Made by a program: the position numbers and the translations under genes. Source: Mobula hypostoma (taxonomy: Eukaryota). From it: a stretch of DNA of 64,000 nt. Every line of letters starts with the position of its first letter. Positions within the stretch are counted from its first letter, which is position 1. The notes below the pieces were generated by a model, which saw only the letters and a program-made list of their open reading frames with translations, did no database searches and was not told the origin of the DNA. Below, in pieces: positions 12,243 through 25,704 of the stretch. The stretch spans positions 182,282,001 through 182,346,000 of the forward strand of contig NC_086097.1 of NCBI RefSeq assembly GCF_963921235.1. The letters are read 5' to 3'.

Positions 12243-12435
12243 GGGGTGCTGCAGTGGCATAGTGGTTAGCGTGACGCCATTACAACACCGGGCGTCAGAA
12301 CTCGGAGTTCAATTCCAGCGTCCTCTGTAAGCAAGTTTGTATGATCCTTCCTGTGTATGTGTGTGTGTGGATTTCCTCCGGGTGCTCCGGTTTCCTCCCA
12401 CAATCCAAAGATGTACCAGTTAGTAGGTTATTAAC
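12243..12435 (+). mobile_element. tRNA-derived V-SINE (HE1-like)
   Basis: A box GTGGCATAGTGG, B box GAGTTCAATTCC, V-domain GGATTTCCTCCGGGTGCTCCGGTTTCCTCCCACAATCCAAAGA. Confidence 0.85.
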
Positions 12436-12486
12436 CTACTACTACCAGTTAGGGGAAATGGTGAAGGATGGGGGGCGGGCGGCATT

Positions 12487-12836
12487 TCCCATCCCCCTTT
12501 CCCTCTCTCGTCTCATTTCCTTGCCCGTCCATGGCCTCACTCTGGTGCTTCTTCTCCCTTTATCTCTCTTCCATGGCATCCTGTCTCTTTCACCAATCAA
12601 CTTCCTAGTTCTTTACTTCATACCTCCCCCTCCAGATTCACCTATCAGCTGGTGTTTCTCTCTCCCCTACCTCCACCTTTTAAAACTACTCTCAGCTTTC
12701 TTTCTCCAGTACTACTGAAGGGTTTCAGCCCGAAACGTCGACTGTACTGTTTTCCATAGATGCTGCCTGGCCTGCTGAGTTCCTCCAGCATTTTGTGTGT
12801 GTTGCTCGGATTTCCAGTATTTACAGATTTTTTCTT
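12487..12836 (+). mobile_element. Penelope-like element 3' region with degenerate hammerhead (12707-12744)
   Basis: Pyrimidine-rich segment, then CAGTA-CTACTGA-AGGGTTTCAGCCC-GAAACGTC-GACTG and GATGCTGCCTGGCCTGCTGAGTTCCTCCAGCATTTTGTGTG; same family as the 9725 and 45192 elements. Confidence 0.7.
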
Positions 12837-13369
12837 GCCTGTCTACCATAATCTTATAAACCTCTATCAGATCTCCCCTTGGCCTCTACCGCTCCAGAGA
12901 AGACAACCCAAGTTGTCAAAATTCTCGTTATAGCATATGCCCTTGAATCCAAGCAGCATCCTGGTAAATCTCTTCTGCACCCTTTCCAAAGCCTTGATAT
13001 CCTTCCTATAATGCAGTGACCTGAACGCTAGCAATACTCCTGATGCGGCCCTACTACAGTTTTATAAAACTGCAACATAACTTCCTGCTTTTGAATTCAG
13101 TGCCTTGACAAGTAAAGGCAAATGTGCCATATGTCTTCTTATCAATCTGTCATATCCTATTGATCTGTCACCAGTTTCAGGGAGCTATAGACTTGGACCC
13201 CAAGACCCCTCTGCTCATCAACACTGTTAAGGGTCTTGCCCTAACAGTCAAATGTAAAGACTTTACATTTGACTTACCAAGGTGCAGTGCCTCACATTTG
13301 GCCAGGTTAAACTCCATCTGCCATTTCTCTGCCCAGATCTGCAACTGATCTGTATCCCACTGTCTATTT

Positions 13370-13830
13370 AAGTGTTACAGTTACAGTGAAAGTGCAGTGC
13401 AGGTAGACAATAAGGTGCAAGATCATAATGAGATAGATTGCAAGTTCAAGAGTCCATCTTATCAAAACTGGGGACTGTTCAATAGTCTGATAACAGCAGG
13501 GTAGAAACAGTTCTTGAGCCTAGTGGTATGTACTTTCAGGGTTTTGTATCTTATACCTGATGGCAGGGAGGAGAAGAGAGAATGTCTGGGTGGATGAGGT
13601 TCTTTGATTATGCTGGCTGCTTTACTGTGCCAGTGAGAAATGCTGACAAAGTACATCGAGGGAAGGCTGGAATCGGTGATGTGATGGGCTGTGTCCACAA
13701 CTCTGCTGTTCCTTATGGTCATAGGCAGAGCAATTGCCATACCAATCTGTGATGCATCTGGATGGGATGCTTTCTGTGGTGCACCAAAAGGAATTGGTGC
13801 AGATTGAAGTACAGAGAGTGCGGAGAGGAC
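13370..13830 (-). mobile_element. Rex1/Babar-type LINE 3' fragment
   Basis: ORF 13462-13833 contains KAASIIKEPHPPRHSLFSSLPSGIRYKTLKVHTTRLKNCFYP. Confidence 0.8.
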
Positions 13831-14442
13831 CACTCATTCTGAGGATGAAGATTGCAGGAGGAGGGGGATTGTGAGGCACATTTCACTCTCAGTCATTGCA
13901 GTTACAGACTGTAAGGGATTCAAATTTCACATTGTTAAAGACAGCACTTCATACATAGTTAATCAGAGCAGTTTGGGATATTACATTGGGGGGTGGGCGC
14001 GGCGGAGTTGTTAGTCAGTGTGATGGAGCCAGAGTTGCAGTAAGGTAGGGGAGGCAAGAGGTGGAAAGTGTATGGGTGAGAATGAGTTGGGAGAATTGTA
14101 GTGAGGGATTGCGGTCGTCTGGAAGTTACTGACCAGCCGGATGTGTCCTCTGGCTCTGCATTTCACAGCTTCTACTTTGCTTTCTCTGTGTTCTCACTCT
14201 GATTACTCCCATTGACCAAATAACCGTCTATTCCATGGTCACCCTGTGGTTTGGGGAGAGCAGGGAAGGAAGGTAATATGGAGAGGGAGGGGAGAGAGTT
14301 GTGGTGGGGATAGGGGAGGGAGAGAGTGCACAGAGGACAAAGCATAGAGAAGGAAGGGTGGGAGGCGATGGGGTGGGGCTAGGGGAGAGGAACGATGTAA
14401 GGTAGAGAGTAGAGTGTAGGGAGGGAGGGGGCGAGGGTGTGA

Positions 14443-14883
<441 letters not shown>

Positions 14884-15695
14884 TGACACCAGCCCCTAGG
14901 AGCAGAGAGGGTGGATTGCTGTTCTCACTCTAGTGCTATGGAGATTCATGGAACTGTAGAACATCATGGCACAGAAAAAGTTCACTGGCCCCACAGTATT
15001 CATGCCTGTAGCTCATCCCTGGAATCGGTCCCGAGCCCACTTCCTGTCACTGAGACACTGTCAGTGCTCTCACTGCTCTTTGACCAACCTTCCATGTGAC
15101 ATCTTATCAAAAGCCTTTTGAAAATCCCTGTAGCACTCTCAGTAATCCTCATTTTCTCTGAAAGCAGAGTTGTCACAATTTTCCTGAGAAACCCACATGT
15201 ACTGTTCCAGGTGTACTTGTGCCTTTCCAAAGGCTCAGAAATAATTGCAATAATTTTCCGGCAATTAAAGATAAAAGTTGACTGATCCCTTCCATGCTTT
15301 TGTAATTAACGATGCCATGTTTTGCATCCTCTGATTCTGCAGCACCATTCCCATGCCCAGGGAGGAAGAGAATTGATGGTGGGGATCTCTGCAGTTTCTT
15401 TGATCATTGTAAGATTGTGGTTACTGATTATTCAAGGCATAGTTCCAAGTTCAGATAAGGTAGCAGTGGAATGAATTCAGCAAAACCACCAGCTTGTGGG
15501 GGAAAATTCTTCTTCAGGAATTTGTGTTGGAAGAAATCTGCCATCTTTTCCTGGCACAGCCAAGAGGTTGGTCCTAAATACCCGGTGCAGTTGACTATTA
15601 AATGTCCCTGCAAGTCACTCAGTTCAAAGCAGTTATAGATGTGTTTGTCAACAGTGGTGTTCCATCAGGACTGGTACTGGGACCTCTTCTTTTCT

Positions 15696-18600
15696 CGGCG
15701 GGCAGCAATCAGTGTGAGAGATTGTTCATTGGTGATGTAGCGTGAGGTTTAAAAAAAGCTTGGGAGCTTTTTGGCTTTTCTTTTGGCAGGCTGCAATCAG
15801 CACAAGAGATTGTTCGTTGGTCACGCATTGCAAGGTTTAAAAAGAGCTCTGGTGCTTTTTGTTTCTTGCTTGGCAAGTGACAATCAGCATGGGGCCAATA
15901 AAAAGAAAGGCAGAGCGGTCATTGTGTGAATGGGGCATTATTAGAGTGGTCTAGCTTTAGCTCAACAGGCTTACGCAAGCACAATAAGTCTGAAGTAAGT
16001 AAGTAAGAAAGCTTTTAGAATTTTTTTTTTTCTCTGTAAGTACGTAGCTAGTGCACTGAGAATGGATCCAGAGGTAGTGGTATATTCCTTGTGTGAGATG
16101 TGGGAAATTTGAGAGTCTCCCTGATAACTACGTCTGCATGAAGTGCATTGAGCTGCAGCTCCTTAGAGACTGTGTTAAGGGGCTGGAGCTGCAGCTTGAT
16201 GACCTTTGACTCATATGAGAGAATGAGGAGGTGATATTTAGGAGCTACAGGGATGTAGCTTCTGTCACCTCTAAGTTACAGGAGGCAGGCTCTTGGGTGA
16301 CTGTTAGGAAAGGGAAAAGGAATATGCAGTCAGTGTAAAATGCTCCTTTGGCCGTTTCCCTCAATAATTAGTATACCACTTTGGATACTGTTTGAGGGGG
16401 AGGGTGGACCTACCAGGGAGAAGCCGCAATGACCAGGTTTCTGGCACTGGGTCTGGCTCTGGCTCTGGCTCAGAAGGGAAGTGGGGAGAAGAGGAGTGCA
16501 GTAGTGATAGAGGATTATATAATTAAAAGATTAGAAAGCAGATTTTGGGGCATGTAAGAAACACCCATGTGCCAGGGCCAGGGACATCTTGGATCAGGTC
16601 CAAGCATTCCAAACGGAGAGGGTGAGCTTCAGAGTTCTGCTGTTTCTATCATTCATTCTATGGGGTCTCTTGTTTGGTGGATGTCTGTGAAGATTAAGAA
16701 TTTCAGTGTGCATTCTAAATACATTCTCTGTTATTAAACTGAAGCATTTGAACAGTATGCGAACAGAGGTAAATAATCTGTAGTACAGTTAGAGCTTGGC
16801 AGGTATGACGTTGTTGGCATCACTGAGACATGGCTGAAAGAAGTTTATAGTTTGGAGCTTAAAATCCAAGGATACACATTGTATCGAAAGGACAGCTATG
16901 TAGGCAGCAGTGGTGCTGTGGCTCTGCTGGTAAAAACTGAAATCAAATCCTTAGAAAAACATGACATAGGATTGGAAGATGTAGAATCATTGTAGGTAGA
17001 GTTAAGGAACTGCAAGGGTGGAAAGACCCTGATGGAAGTTATACGGGCTTCCGAACAGTAGCCAGGATGTGTGCTGCAAACGACAGGAGATAGAAAATAC
17101 ATGTTCAAATGGCAATGTTACATTAGTTGTGGGGGATTTCAATATGCAGGTAGATTGGGAAAATCAGATTGGTGCTGATTTTGGATCCCAAGAGAGAATT
17201 TGTAGAATGCCTACAAGATTGCTTTTGAGAACAGCTTGTGGTTGAGCCCACTAGGGGATCAGTTATTCTGGATTGGATGTTGTGCAATGAACTGGATTTG
17301 ATTGGGGAGGTAAAGGAACCCTTAGGAGACGGTGATCATAATATGATAGAATTTGCCCTGTAATTTGAAAGGGAGAAACTCAAGTGAGATGTAACAGTAT
17401 GACAGTAGAGTAAAGGTTATTGAGAGAGGAGCTCTCCAAAGTTGACACTAGCAGGTATGACAGCAGAGCAGCAATGGCTGGAGTTTCTGGGAACAATTCA
17501 GAAGGTGCAGGATTGATGCATCCCAAAGATGAGGAAATATTCTAAAGGGAGGATGAGTCAACCGTGACTGACAAGGAAAGTGAATGACAGTATAGAAGTA
17601 AATGAGAGGGCAAATAATAGAGCAAAAATTAGTGGAAGGTAGTGGGTTGGGAAGCTTTTAAAAACCAATAGAAGGCAATTTAAAAAGCCTTAAAGAAAGA
17701 AAAGATGAAATATAATGGTAATCTAGCCAATAATATAAAAGAGGTTTCAGAAAGTTTTTCCAGATATACTGATTAAGGGGGAGACAAGAGGGAATTGATG
17801 GCTTTGTGGCCAGATTTGCAGATAATACAAAGATAGGTGGAAGGGCAGGTAATGTTGAGGAAGCAGGATGTCTGTAGAAGGACTTAAACAGATTAGTTGA
17901 ATGGCAAAGAAGTAGCAGATGGAATATAATGTAGGGAAATGTATGGTCATGCACTTTGGGAGAAGGATGAAAGGTGTGGGCTATTTTGTAAACAGGGAGA
18001 AAATTCAGAACTCATCAGTGCAGAGGGACTTGGGAGTCCTTGTGCAGGATTTCCTAAAAGTTAATTTGCAAGTTGAGTTGATGGTAAGGAAGTCAAATGC
18101 AATGTTAGCATTTATTTCAAGAGAACTAGAATACAAAAGCAAGGATGTAACACTGAGGCCTTATAAGGCATTGGTCAGACCACACTTGGAATATTGAGAG
18201 CAGTTTTGGGCCCCTTATTTAAGAAAAGATGTGCTGGCATTGAAGAAATTCCAGAGGAGGTTCACAAGAATGATCAGAGGAATGAAAGGGTTAACATATG
18301 ATGACTTCAGTGAATTTGGAAGAATGATGGGGGGCAACTTACTGAAACCTAACAAATTTTGAAAAGTCTCCATAAAGTGCATGCGAAGTGAATGTTTCTT
18401 GTCATGGGGGTGTCTAGGACCAGAGGACCTAGCCTCGGGAAAGAGGGCATCCATTTACAACAGAGATGAGGAAAAATTTCTTTAACCAGGTGGTGGTGAA
18501 TCTGTGTAATTCTTTGCTACAGGCAGCTGTGCAGGCCAGGTCATTGGATATATTTAAGGCAGAGGTTCTTGATTAATCAGTGCATCAAAGGTTACTAATG

Positions 18601-18705
18601 GAAATCAGGAGAATGAGATTGAGAGACATAATAAAACCATGATGGAATGGTAGAGCAGACTCGATAGACCGAATATCCCAATTCTGCTCCAAGGTCTTCT
18701 GGTCT
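15696..18705 (+). mobile_element. Internally deleted CR1 LINE with 5' UTR, ORF1 (zinc finger/leucine zipper) and ORF2 remnants
   Basis: ORF1-like CEMWEI..NYVCMKCIELQLLRDCVKGLELQLDDL; endonuclease remnants; MEYNVGKCMVMHFG..LVRPHLEY; many stops. Confidence 0.85.
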
Positions 18706-19571
18706 CAGTTGTTTCTGTGTGGACTCAGTGTAGATTCTAGTGAATTTGGTCAAATAATTGGTTAATTGGGGCAGCTACTTATTTGGGACAACTCTTAAAG
18801 AACAAAAACCATTGGAACCAAAATCAGGTTTAATATTACTGGCATATGTTGTGAAATTTGTTGTTTTGCAATAGCACAACATAGCAATACATACAGGGTA
18901 ATACTTTTAAAAACTATAAATTACAGTAAGAAATATATAACAACATTAAATTAAATAGTGCAAAAAGAGAGAAAAGAAAGTAATGATGTAGTGTTCACGG
19001 GTTCATCGTCCATTCAGAAATTTGATGGCCAAAGGAAAGAAGCTGTTTCTGAAATGTTGAATGTATGTCTTCAGGCTCTGTACCTCCTCCTTGATGGTAG
19101 CAGTGAGAAGAGGGCATGTCCTGGGTGATGGGTGTTCTTAATAATGGATGCAGCCATCTTGAAGCATCGCCTTTTGAAGGTGTTCTGGATGCTGGGGAGG
19201 CTAGAGCCTACGATGGAGCTGGCTGAGTTTACAACATTCTGCAGCTTTTTCTGATCCTGTGCAGTGGCCCTTCCAATCCAGACAGTGATGCAGCCAGTTA
19301 GAATGTTCATCACGATACATCCATTGAATTTTGCAGAATCTTCGGTGATGCACCAATTCTCCTCAAACTCTTAATGGAATAATGTCATGCCTTCTTTGTA
19401 ATTGCATCAGTACGTTGGAGGCAAGACAGATCTTCAGAGATATTGACATCCAGGAACTTGAAACTGATCACCGATTCCACTTCCCCTTTCTGAAATCCAC
19501 AATCAATTCTTTGGTCTTGTGGACATTGAGTACAATGTTGCCGTTGTAACACCATTCAACTAGCTGATCTA

Positions 19572-21194
19572 CAGTGGCATGCAAAAGTCTGGGCACCCCT
19601 GGTCAAAATTTTGGTTACTGTGAATAGCTAAATGAGTGAAAGAAGACCTGATTTCCAAAAGGCATAAAGTTAAAGATGACACATTTCTTTAATATTTTAA
19701 ACGAGATTACTTTTTTATTTCTATCTTTTACAGTTTCAAAATAACAAAAAAGGAGAAGAGCCCAAAGCAGAAGTTTGGGCACCCTGCATGGTCAGTACGT
19801 AGTAACACCCCCTTTGGCAAGTATCACAGCTTGTAAACGCTTTCTGTAGCCAGCTAAGAGTCTTTCAGTTCTTGTTTGGGGGATTTTCACCCATTCTTCC
19901 TTGCAAAAGGCTTCTAGTTCTGTGAGATTCTTAGGCCGTCTTGCATGCACTGCTCTTTTGAGGTCTACCCACACATTTTCGATGATGTTTAGGTCAGGGG
20001 ACTGTGAGGGCCATGGCAAAGCCTTCAGCTTGCGCCTCTTGAGGTAGTCCATTGTGGATTTTGAGGTGTGTTTAGGATCATTGTCCTGTTGTAGAAGCCA
20101 TCCCCTTTTCATCTTCAGCTTTTTTACAGACAGTGTGATGTTTGCTTCCAGAATTTACTGGTATTTCATTGAATTCATTCTTCCCTCTACAAGTGAAATG
20201 TTCCCTGTGCCACTGGCTGCAATACAAGCCCAAAGCATGATTGATCCACCCCCGTGCTTAACAGTTGGAGAGATGTTCTTTTCATGAAACTCTGCACCCT
20301 TTTTTCTCCAAACATACCTTTGCTCATTGCGGCCAAAAAGTTCTATTTTAACTTCATCAGTCCACGGGACAAGTTTTCAAAATGCATCAGGCTTGTTTAG
20401 ATGTTCCTTTTCAAACTTATGATGGTGAATTTTGTGGTGAGGACGCAGGAAAGGTTTTCTTCTGTTGACTCTTCCTTGAAGGTCATATTTGTGCAGGTGT
20501 CGCTGCACAGTAGAACAGTGCACCGCCACTCCAGAGTCTGCTAAATCTTTCTGAAGGTCTTCTGCAGTCAAATGGGGATTTTGATTTGCCTTCCTAGCAA
20601 TCCTACGAGCAGTTCTCTCGGAAAGTTTTCTTGGTCTTCCAGACCTCAACTTGACCTCCACCGTTCCTGTTAACTGCCATTTCTTAATTACATTACGAAC
20701 TGAGAAAACGGCTACCTGAAAATGCTTTGCTATCTTCTTATAGCCTTCTCCTGCTTTGTGGGCATCATTTATTTTAATTTTCAGAGTGCTAGGCAGCTGC
20801 TTAGAGGAGCCCATGGCTGCTGATTGTTGGGACAAGGTTTGAGGAGTCAGAGTATTTATAAAGCTTTGAAATTTGCATCACCTGGCCTTTCCTAACAATG
20901 ACTGTGAACAAGCCATAGCCCTAACAAACTAGTTAAGGTCTGAGACCTTGATAAAAGTTATCTCAGAGCTCAAATCTCTTGGGATGCCCAAACTTTTGCA
21001 TGGTGCTCCTTTCCTTTTTTCCATTCTAAAATTGTACAAAACAAAAATAATACACCAATCTTGCTTAAAATGTTGAAAAGAATGTTTCATCTTTAACTTT
21101 ATGACTTTTGGAGATCAGTTCACCTTCTACTCACTTAACTATTCACAGTAACAGAAATTTTGACCAGGGGTACCCAACCTTGTGCATGCCACTG
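19572..21194 (-). mobile_element. Full-length Tc1-family transposon (1623 bp), IR/DR-type long TIRs, TA target duplication
   Basis: Ends CAGTGGCATGCAAAAG.. / ..TGCATGCCACTG; TA at 19570-19571 and 21195-21196; ~210 bp inverted repeats with inner AAGTTTGGGCA direct repeats. Confidence 0.97.
19792..20814 (-). pseudogene. DD34E Tc1 transposase, 340 codons, no frameshift, two premature stops (TGA 20377-20379, TAA 20155-20157)
   Basis: MGSSKQLPSTLK..GRPRKLS..WTDEVKIELFG..QQDNDPKH-(D34E)-SPDLNIIENVW; the two listed ORFs share one frame. Confidence 0.95.
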
Positions 21195-21896
21195 TATCTC
21201 GCTCCTGTATGCCTCCTCATCACCATCTGAAATTCTTCCAGTAATAATTATGTCATCAGGACATTTATAGATGGCATTTGAGGTGTGCCTAGCCACACAG
21301 TTGTAGGTGTAGAGAGAGTAGTGCAGTGGACTAAACTAAGCACGCATCCTTGAGGTGTGATAGTATTAATTGCCAACATGGAGGAGATGTTATTTCGGAT
21401 TCACACTGATTATGGTTTCCTGGTGAAGAATTCAAGAAAATATCCAGGATTCTCTTCATTTATTTGGGACACTGTGCCGCTTAATTGGGACAGGAGACTA
21501 TTGCTAAACAGTTTCTAACTAGTGAAGGTTGCGTGAGTTTGTGTGGCCATTAGACACTACACCATGCTGAGAGTGAATAGTTTTTAAGTAGCGACAGTTT
21601 TTGAGTTTGTTTGAGTTTAAAACACAATGATTTTTTTGGTTGCTGATAGTTGGCAAGAAATAAGCAGTAAGACAATTTAGAACTATTTTGCTATTTTGCT
21701 CACTGAGGTTTCAAGCATTCATGCTTAGAGATGCCAGAAACAGCTGAGAGTGAAAATGAAATGACTTCACTATCTCAATAGGTTATAATCTAAGAAGCAT
21801 TTGAAGGTATCAACAATCATCTCAAATGTTACAATGAAAATGAAGATTTGGGGAATGCATTTGTTGAAAGCATTGTATGATGGCGGTCCATTATCA

Positions 21897-23053
21897 CAGC
21901 GGTCCCCAACCACTGGGCTGCAAAGCATGGAAATGATATGATTTGGCGATAGGAGTCAGCTGCACCTTTCCTCATTCCCTGTCACACCCACTGTTGAGCA
22001 TGAACGCACGCGAGGTGATGACCCACGCGTCATCCATGTCAGCGCAGGAAGGAGATCAACTGCTTGAGCTTGCAAATGACGGTGGGCTGAAAAGTTTGTT
22101 TGACATAACATCTGTGCCGGCATTCTGGATCAAACTCGAGGCTAAGTATCCTGAGATAGCCATGAAAGCACTGAAAACGTTGCTTCCATTTCCAACATAT
22201 CTCTGCAATGAATGCAACGAAAACTAAATTGCGGTATAGACTGGACATAAGGAACCCCCTTCGAGTATCGCTGTCTCCCATCACTGCTCAATGGGACCAT
22301 CTCATTGCAAGGAAACAAGCCCAGGACTCCCACTGATTCAGCGATATTGGTGTGTTGCAATGATTTTATATGTGCTGTGTGTTTAATATCCAAACGTTAC
22401 TTAAAATGTTATGATGCTATTGACTTATAAGTGACTTATATAACCATATAACAATTACAGCACGGAAACAGGCCATCTCTGCCCTTCTAGTCTGTGCCAA
22501 ACGCTACTCTCACCTAGTCCCACCGATCTGCGCTCAGCCCGTAACCCTCCATTCCTTTCCTGTCCATATACCTATCCAATTTTTCTTTAAATGATAATAT
22601 CAAAACTGCCTTTACCATTTTACTGGATGTTTGTTCAACACTTACTTCAAGCTCCCCTGTCCTCCCCTGATAGCTGACTTATCACTATATTCATGAGGAA
22701 AATATGCGTTGTGTGTTTAATATTAAATTCATTTAGATAAACCCTTTTAGAAATGAAATTGAGTGTATTAGCCACTTACCACCTATATTCCGGTCGTGAT
22801 TAACACTACCACCACCTCCCCGAACAGAATCGTTAAAAACGATTTGTAGAAGAAAATCGGCACGTACACACATGCGCAAAGCTTCATGGTCATTGTAGTC
22901 TTGTCGGGGTAAACACAACGTATTTGACTGCTATTTCTTGTCTGTTGGCAACCTTACCACCGCCCCCACCCCCCCACCCCAGGTCGACCGGTCTGCAAGA
23001 ATATTGTCAATAATAAATCAGTCCGCGTTGCAAAAAATGGTTGGGGACCCCTG
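21897..23053 (+). mobile_element. Buster/Charlie-type hAT deletion derivative retaining the transposase C-terminus
   Basis: 15 bp TIRs CAGCGGTCCCCAACC / GGTTGGGGACCCCTG; 8 bp TSD CATTATCA/TATTATCA; DQLLELANDGGLKSLF..FWIKLEAKYPEIAMKALKTLLPFPTYLC; CR1 tail inserted at ~22437-22630. Confidence 0.92.
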
Positions 23054-23346
23054 TATTATCAGATTATCAGCATGAGGTGTCTGCACTAATTTTGTTCATT
23101 CACAATCAATCAAAAGTACATGGTAGAGTATACTGGATTAATTCATCTGTCGATAACAATTAGGAACAAATACAGTTTTATAGTACTGTAGTAGTATTGG
23201 TAGTGTTCTAACTTGTTCTGCATTTCATTTAAATACATAATTTGTTACTCAGTTAAAAGGTAGTTTGTCTTTTTTATTAGGCAGCCACCTAATTTTGCCA
23301 AAATGTACTCATTCCAATGTGTCCCAATTAACCGGAATCCACTGTA

Positions 23347-24280
23347 TATAGATGACTTGAATGAAAATCTAGGTAGTCTAAGTAGTAAGTTTGCAGACGA
23401 CACAAAAGGTAGTGAAGTTGTGGATGCTTGGGAAAGTTGCCAAAGGATTCATCAGGATGTAAACCATTTGGAAATGTAGGCATAAAAATGGTGGGTGGAG
23501 TTTATTCTAGATAAGTGTGAGGTGTTTCACTTTGGGAGGTCAAATGTAAGAGAAAATTATACAGTAAATAGCAGAAGTCTTAGAAGTATTGATGAACAGA
23601 GGGATCTTGAGGTGAGAATCCATAGCTCCCTGAAAGTGGATAGGATGGTAAAGAAGGCATGCTTGCCTCCATTGGTCAAGGCACTGAGTAAAAATGTCAG
23701 AAAGTCAAGTTGCAGCCATATAAAACTTTAGTCAGGCTACATTTTGAGTATTTCTACAGTTCTGCTCATCCCATTATAGGAGGGATATGGAGACTTTGGA
23801 GAGGGTGCAGAAGAGATTCACCAGGATGCTCCCTGGATTGGAGGACATGTTCTATAATGAACAGCTGGATAAACTTGGATTGTTATCCGTAGACTGGCAG
23901 AAGCTGAGAGAAGATCTGATAAAGGTTTATAAAATAATGAGAGGCATAGATAGAGTAGACAGTCTTTTTCCTAGGGTGGAGTTGTCAAAGGCCAGAGGAC
24001 AAAGGTTTAAAGTGAGGGGGGAAGCTTTAAAGGAGATTTACAAGGCAGGGTTTTTACAAAGAGAGTTATTGGTGCCTGGACCACACTCCGAGGTAGGTGG
24101 TGGAGGCAGGTATGATGGAATATTTAAGAGGCATTTGGATAGTCACATTAACAAGCAGGGAGTGGAGGGATATGGACCACATGCAGTCAGGTGGGATTAG
24201 TTTGGATCGGCATCGCAGTCAGCACAGACATTGTGGACCTAAGGGCCTTTCCCTGTGCTCCATTGTTCTATGTTCTAATC
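23347..24280 (+). mobile_element. CR1 LINE RT/3' portion, continuing the fragment at ~15630-15695
   Basis: DDLNE..SKFADDTK..CEVFHFGRSN..LERVQKRFTRMLPGLE. Confidence 0.85.
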
Positions 24281-24629
24281 TCACCTGCCACTCATCCGCT
24301 CAAATTGACAGCTATCTATGTTCTGCCAAATCCTGTGACAACCTTTTTCAGTATCTACATCTCCACCAATTGTCTGCAAACTTGCAAATCAGATAACGTG
24401 CATTTTCATCAAAATGGTTTATCGTTACATTACGTGCAACAGAGCAGTACTTGGTCTGTGTCTCAAGCACACGAAATTGTCGGACACAGGTCAGTTTGAT
24501 ACTGGATGGGACCTGCAGCTGACTTGCTGGAGTAAAGAGCCCACTTTTTGCATTACTGTAACCAGCTTGTGTGCAGGTTTCCCAGGGATGTAGCTCAGTA
24601 CAAGAGTGTCAGTATAACAGCAGCAGTTT

Positions 24630-25310
24630 AGGTGTGTGGAGGAACAGATAGGTGGTGTCCATGTCCATAGATCCCTCAGAATTGCCATGCAAGTGGTTCA
24701 GAAGGCATATGGTGTGTTGGCCTTCATTAGTCGGAGGACTGAGCTCAAGGGCTGTGTGATAATGTTGCAGCTCTGTAAAACTCTGCTTAGACCACGCTGG
24801 AAGTATTGTGTTCACTTCTGGTTCTGGTTTGTACCACAGGAAGGATGTGGAAACTTTATAGAGGATTCCAGGATCTCAACTGGAGAGCATGACTTGTAAG
24901 AAAAGGTTGAGCAAGCTAGGGCTTTTCTCTCTGGAGGAATGAGGATGAGACGTGACTTGATAGAGGTGTATGGATTGATAAGAGGGATAGATAGAGTGGA
25001 CAGTCAGATATCTTTTCCCCCAGTGTGGAAATAGTTAATACAGGGGAACATAGCTGATTGGAGGAAAGTATAGAAGGGATGTCAGTGGTAAGACTTTTAC
25101 GCAGAGAATGGTAGGAGCGTGGAACACACTGTTGGGATGGTGGTAGGGACAAATACATTAGGGACATTTATGAGACTCAGATAGGCACATGGATGAAAGA
25201 AAACTGGAGGGCTATGTGAGAGAGAAGCATTAAACTTATCTTAGATTAAAAGGTCGGCACAACATCACGGGCCAAAGGGCTTGTATGTGGTGTAGTGTTT
25301 GTTATATGTT
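24630..25310 (+). mobile_element. CR1 LINE 3' fragment
   Basis: GVHVHRSL..VVQKAYGVLAFISR..LQLCKTLLRP; CR1 tail. Confidence 0.8.
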
Positions 25311-25523
25311 CCCTTACCTTGTACAAGGGATGAATTCGCTGAGAGAAGACTTCACAGGGGATGGGACAAATACATCTGATTTTGGGGAGGAAGGCCCTGT
25401 GGGAGGTGATGTGTGTCTGGCATCCTATACCGGATGTCAGAGAAAGTTCCCACTCAGCTGTTCTGCCCTCGGACAATGAGGAGTGATGCCCAGATCAAGT
25501 AACCGTTCCTCTGTTTGATTTAG

Positions 25524-25614
25524 TCTCGACTGGGGAGCCAGAGTGATGCCGTAGCCATCCAGTCCATCCGGAACGTGCGAGGAAACAGCTTCTGCGTTGA
25601 CTGCGATGCACCCA
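25524..25614 (+). CDS. AGAP3: AGAP3 exon: [30 protein letters not shown] (start of ArfGAP, first CxxC)
   Basis: TTTAG acceptor, GTGAGT donor at 25615; 91 bp, phases 0 and 1 fit both neighbours; too short for the ORF track. Confidence 0.95.
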
Positions 25615-25704
25615 GTGAGTACTGTGTCCTGAGAAATAGTATAGGAACACTGGATATCATGCACGAGGCTGTAACCAGGGACGAGGTGGGATGAAATGGG
25701 GCTG

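Larger units (their letters stand above)
18815..21436 (-). mobile_element. Rex1/Babar-type LINE fragment, host of the Tc1 insertion
   Basis: ORF 19071-19313 NILTGCITVW..KKLQNVV..HPGHALFSLLPSRRRYR; sequence rejoins across the Tc1 (CTAGCTGATC-TA-TCTCGCTCC). Confidence 0.85.
18726..23344. mobile_element. Tigger/pogo-like non-autonomous DNA transposon, disrupted by nested insertions
   Basis: Right TIR GTCCCAATTAACCGGAATCCACTG followed by TA (23345-23346); degenerate left TIR CAGTGTAGATTCTAGTGAATT; internal (T)AATTGGGACA-like repeats on both sides of the inserted LINE. Confidence 0.6.

Noticed and set aside
12243..12325. tRNA gene
   Set aside because: A/B boxes lead straight into a V-SINE core; no convincing cloverleaf
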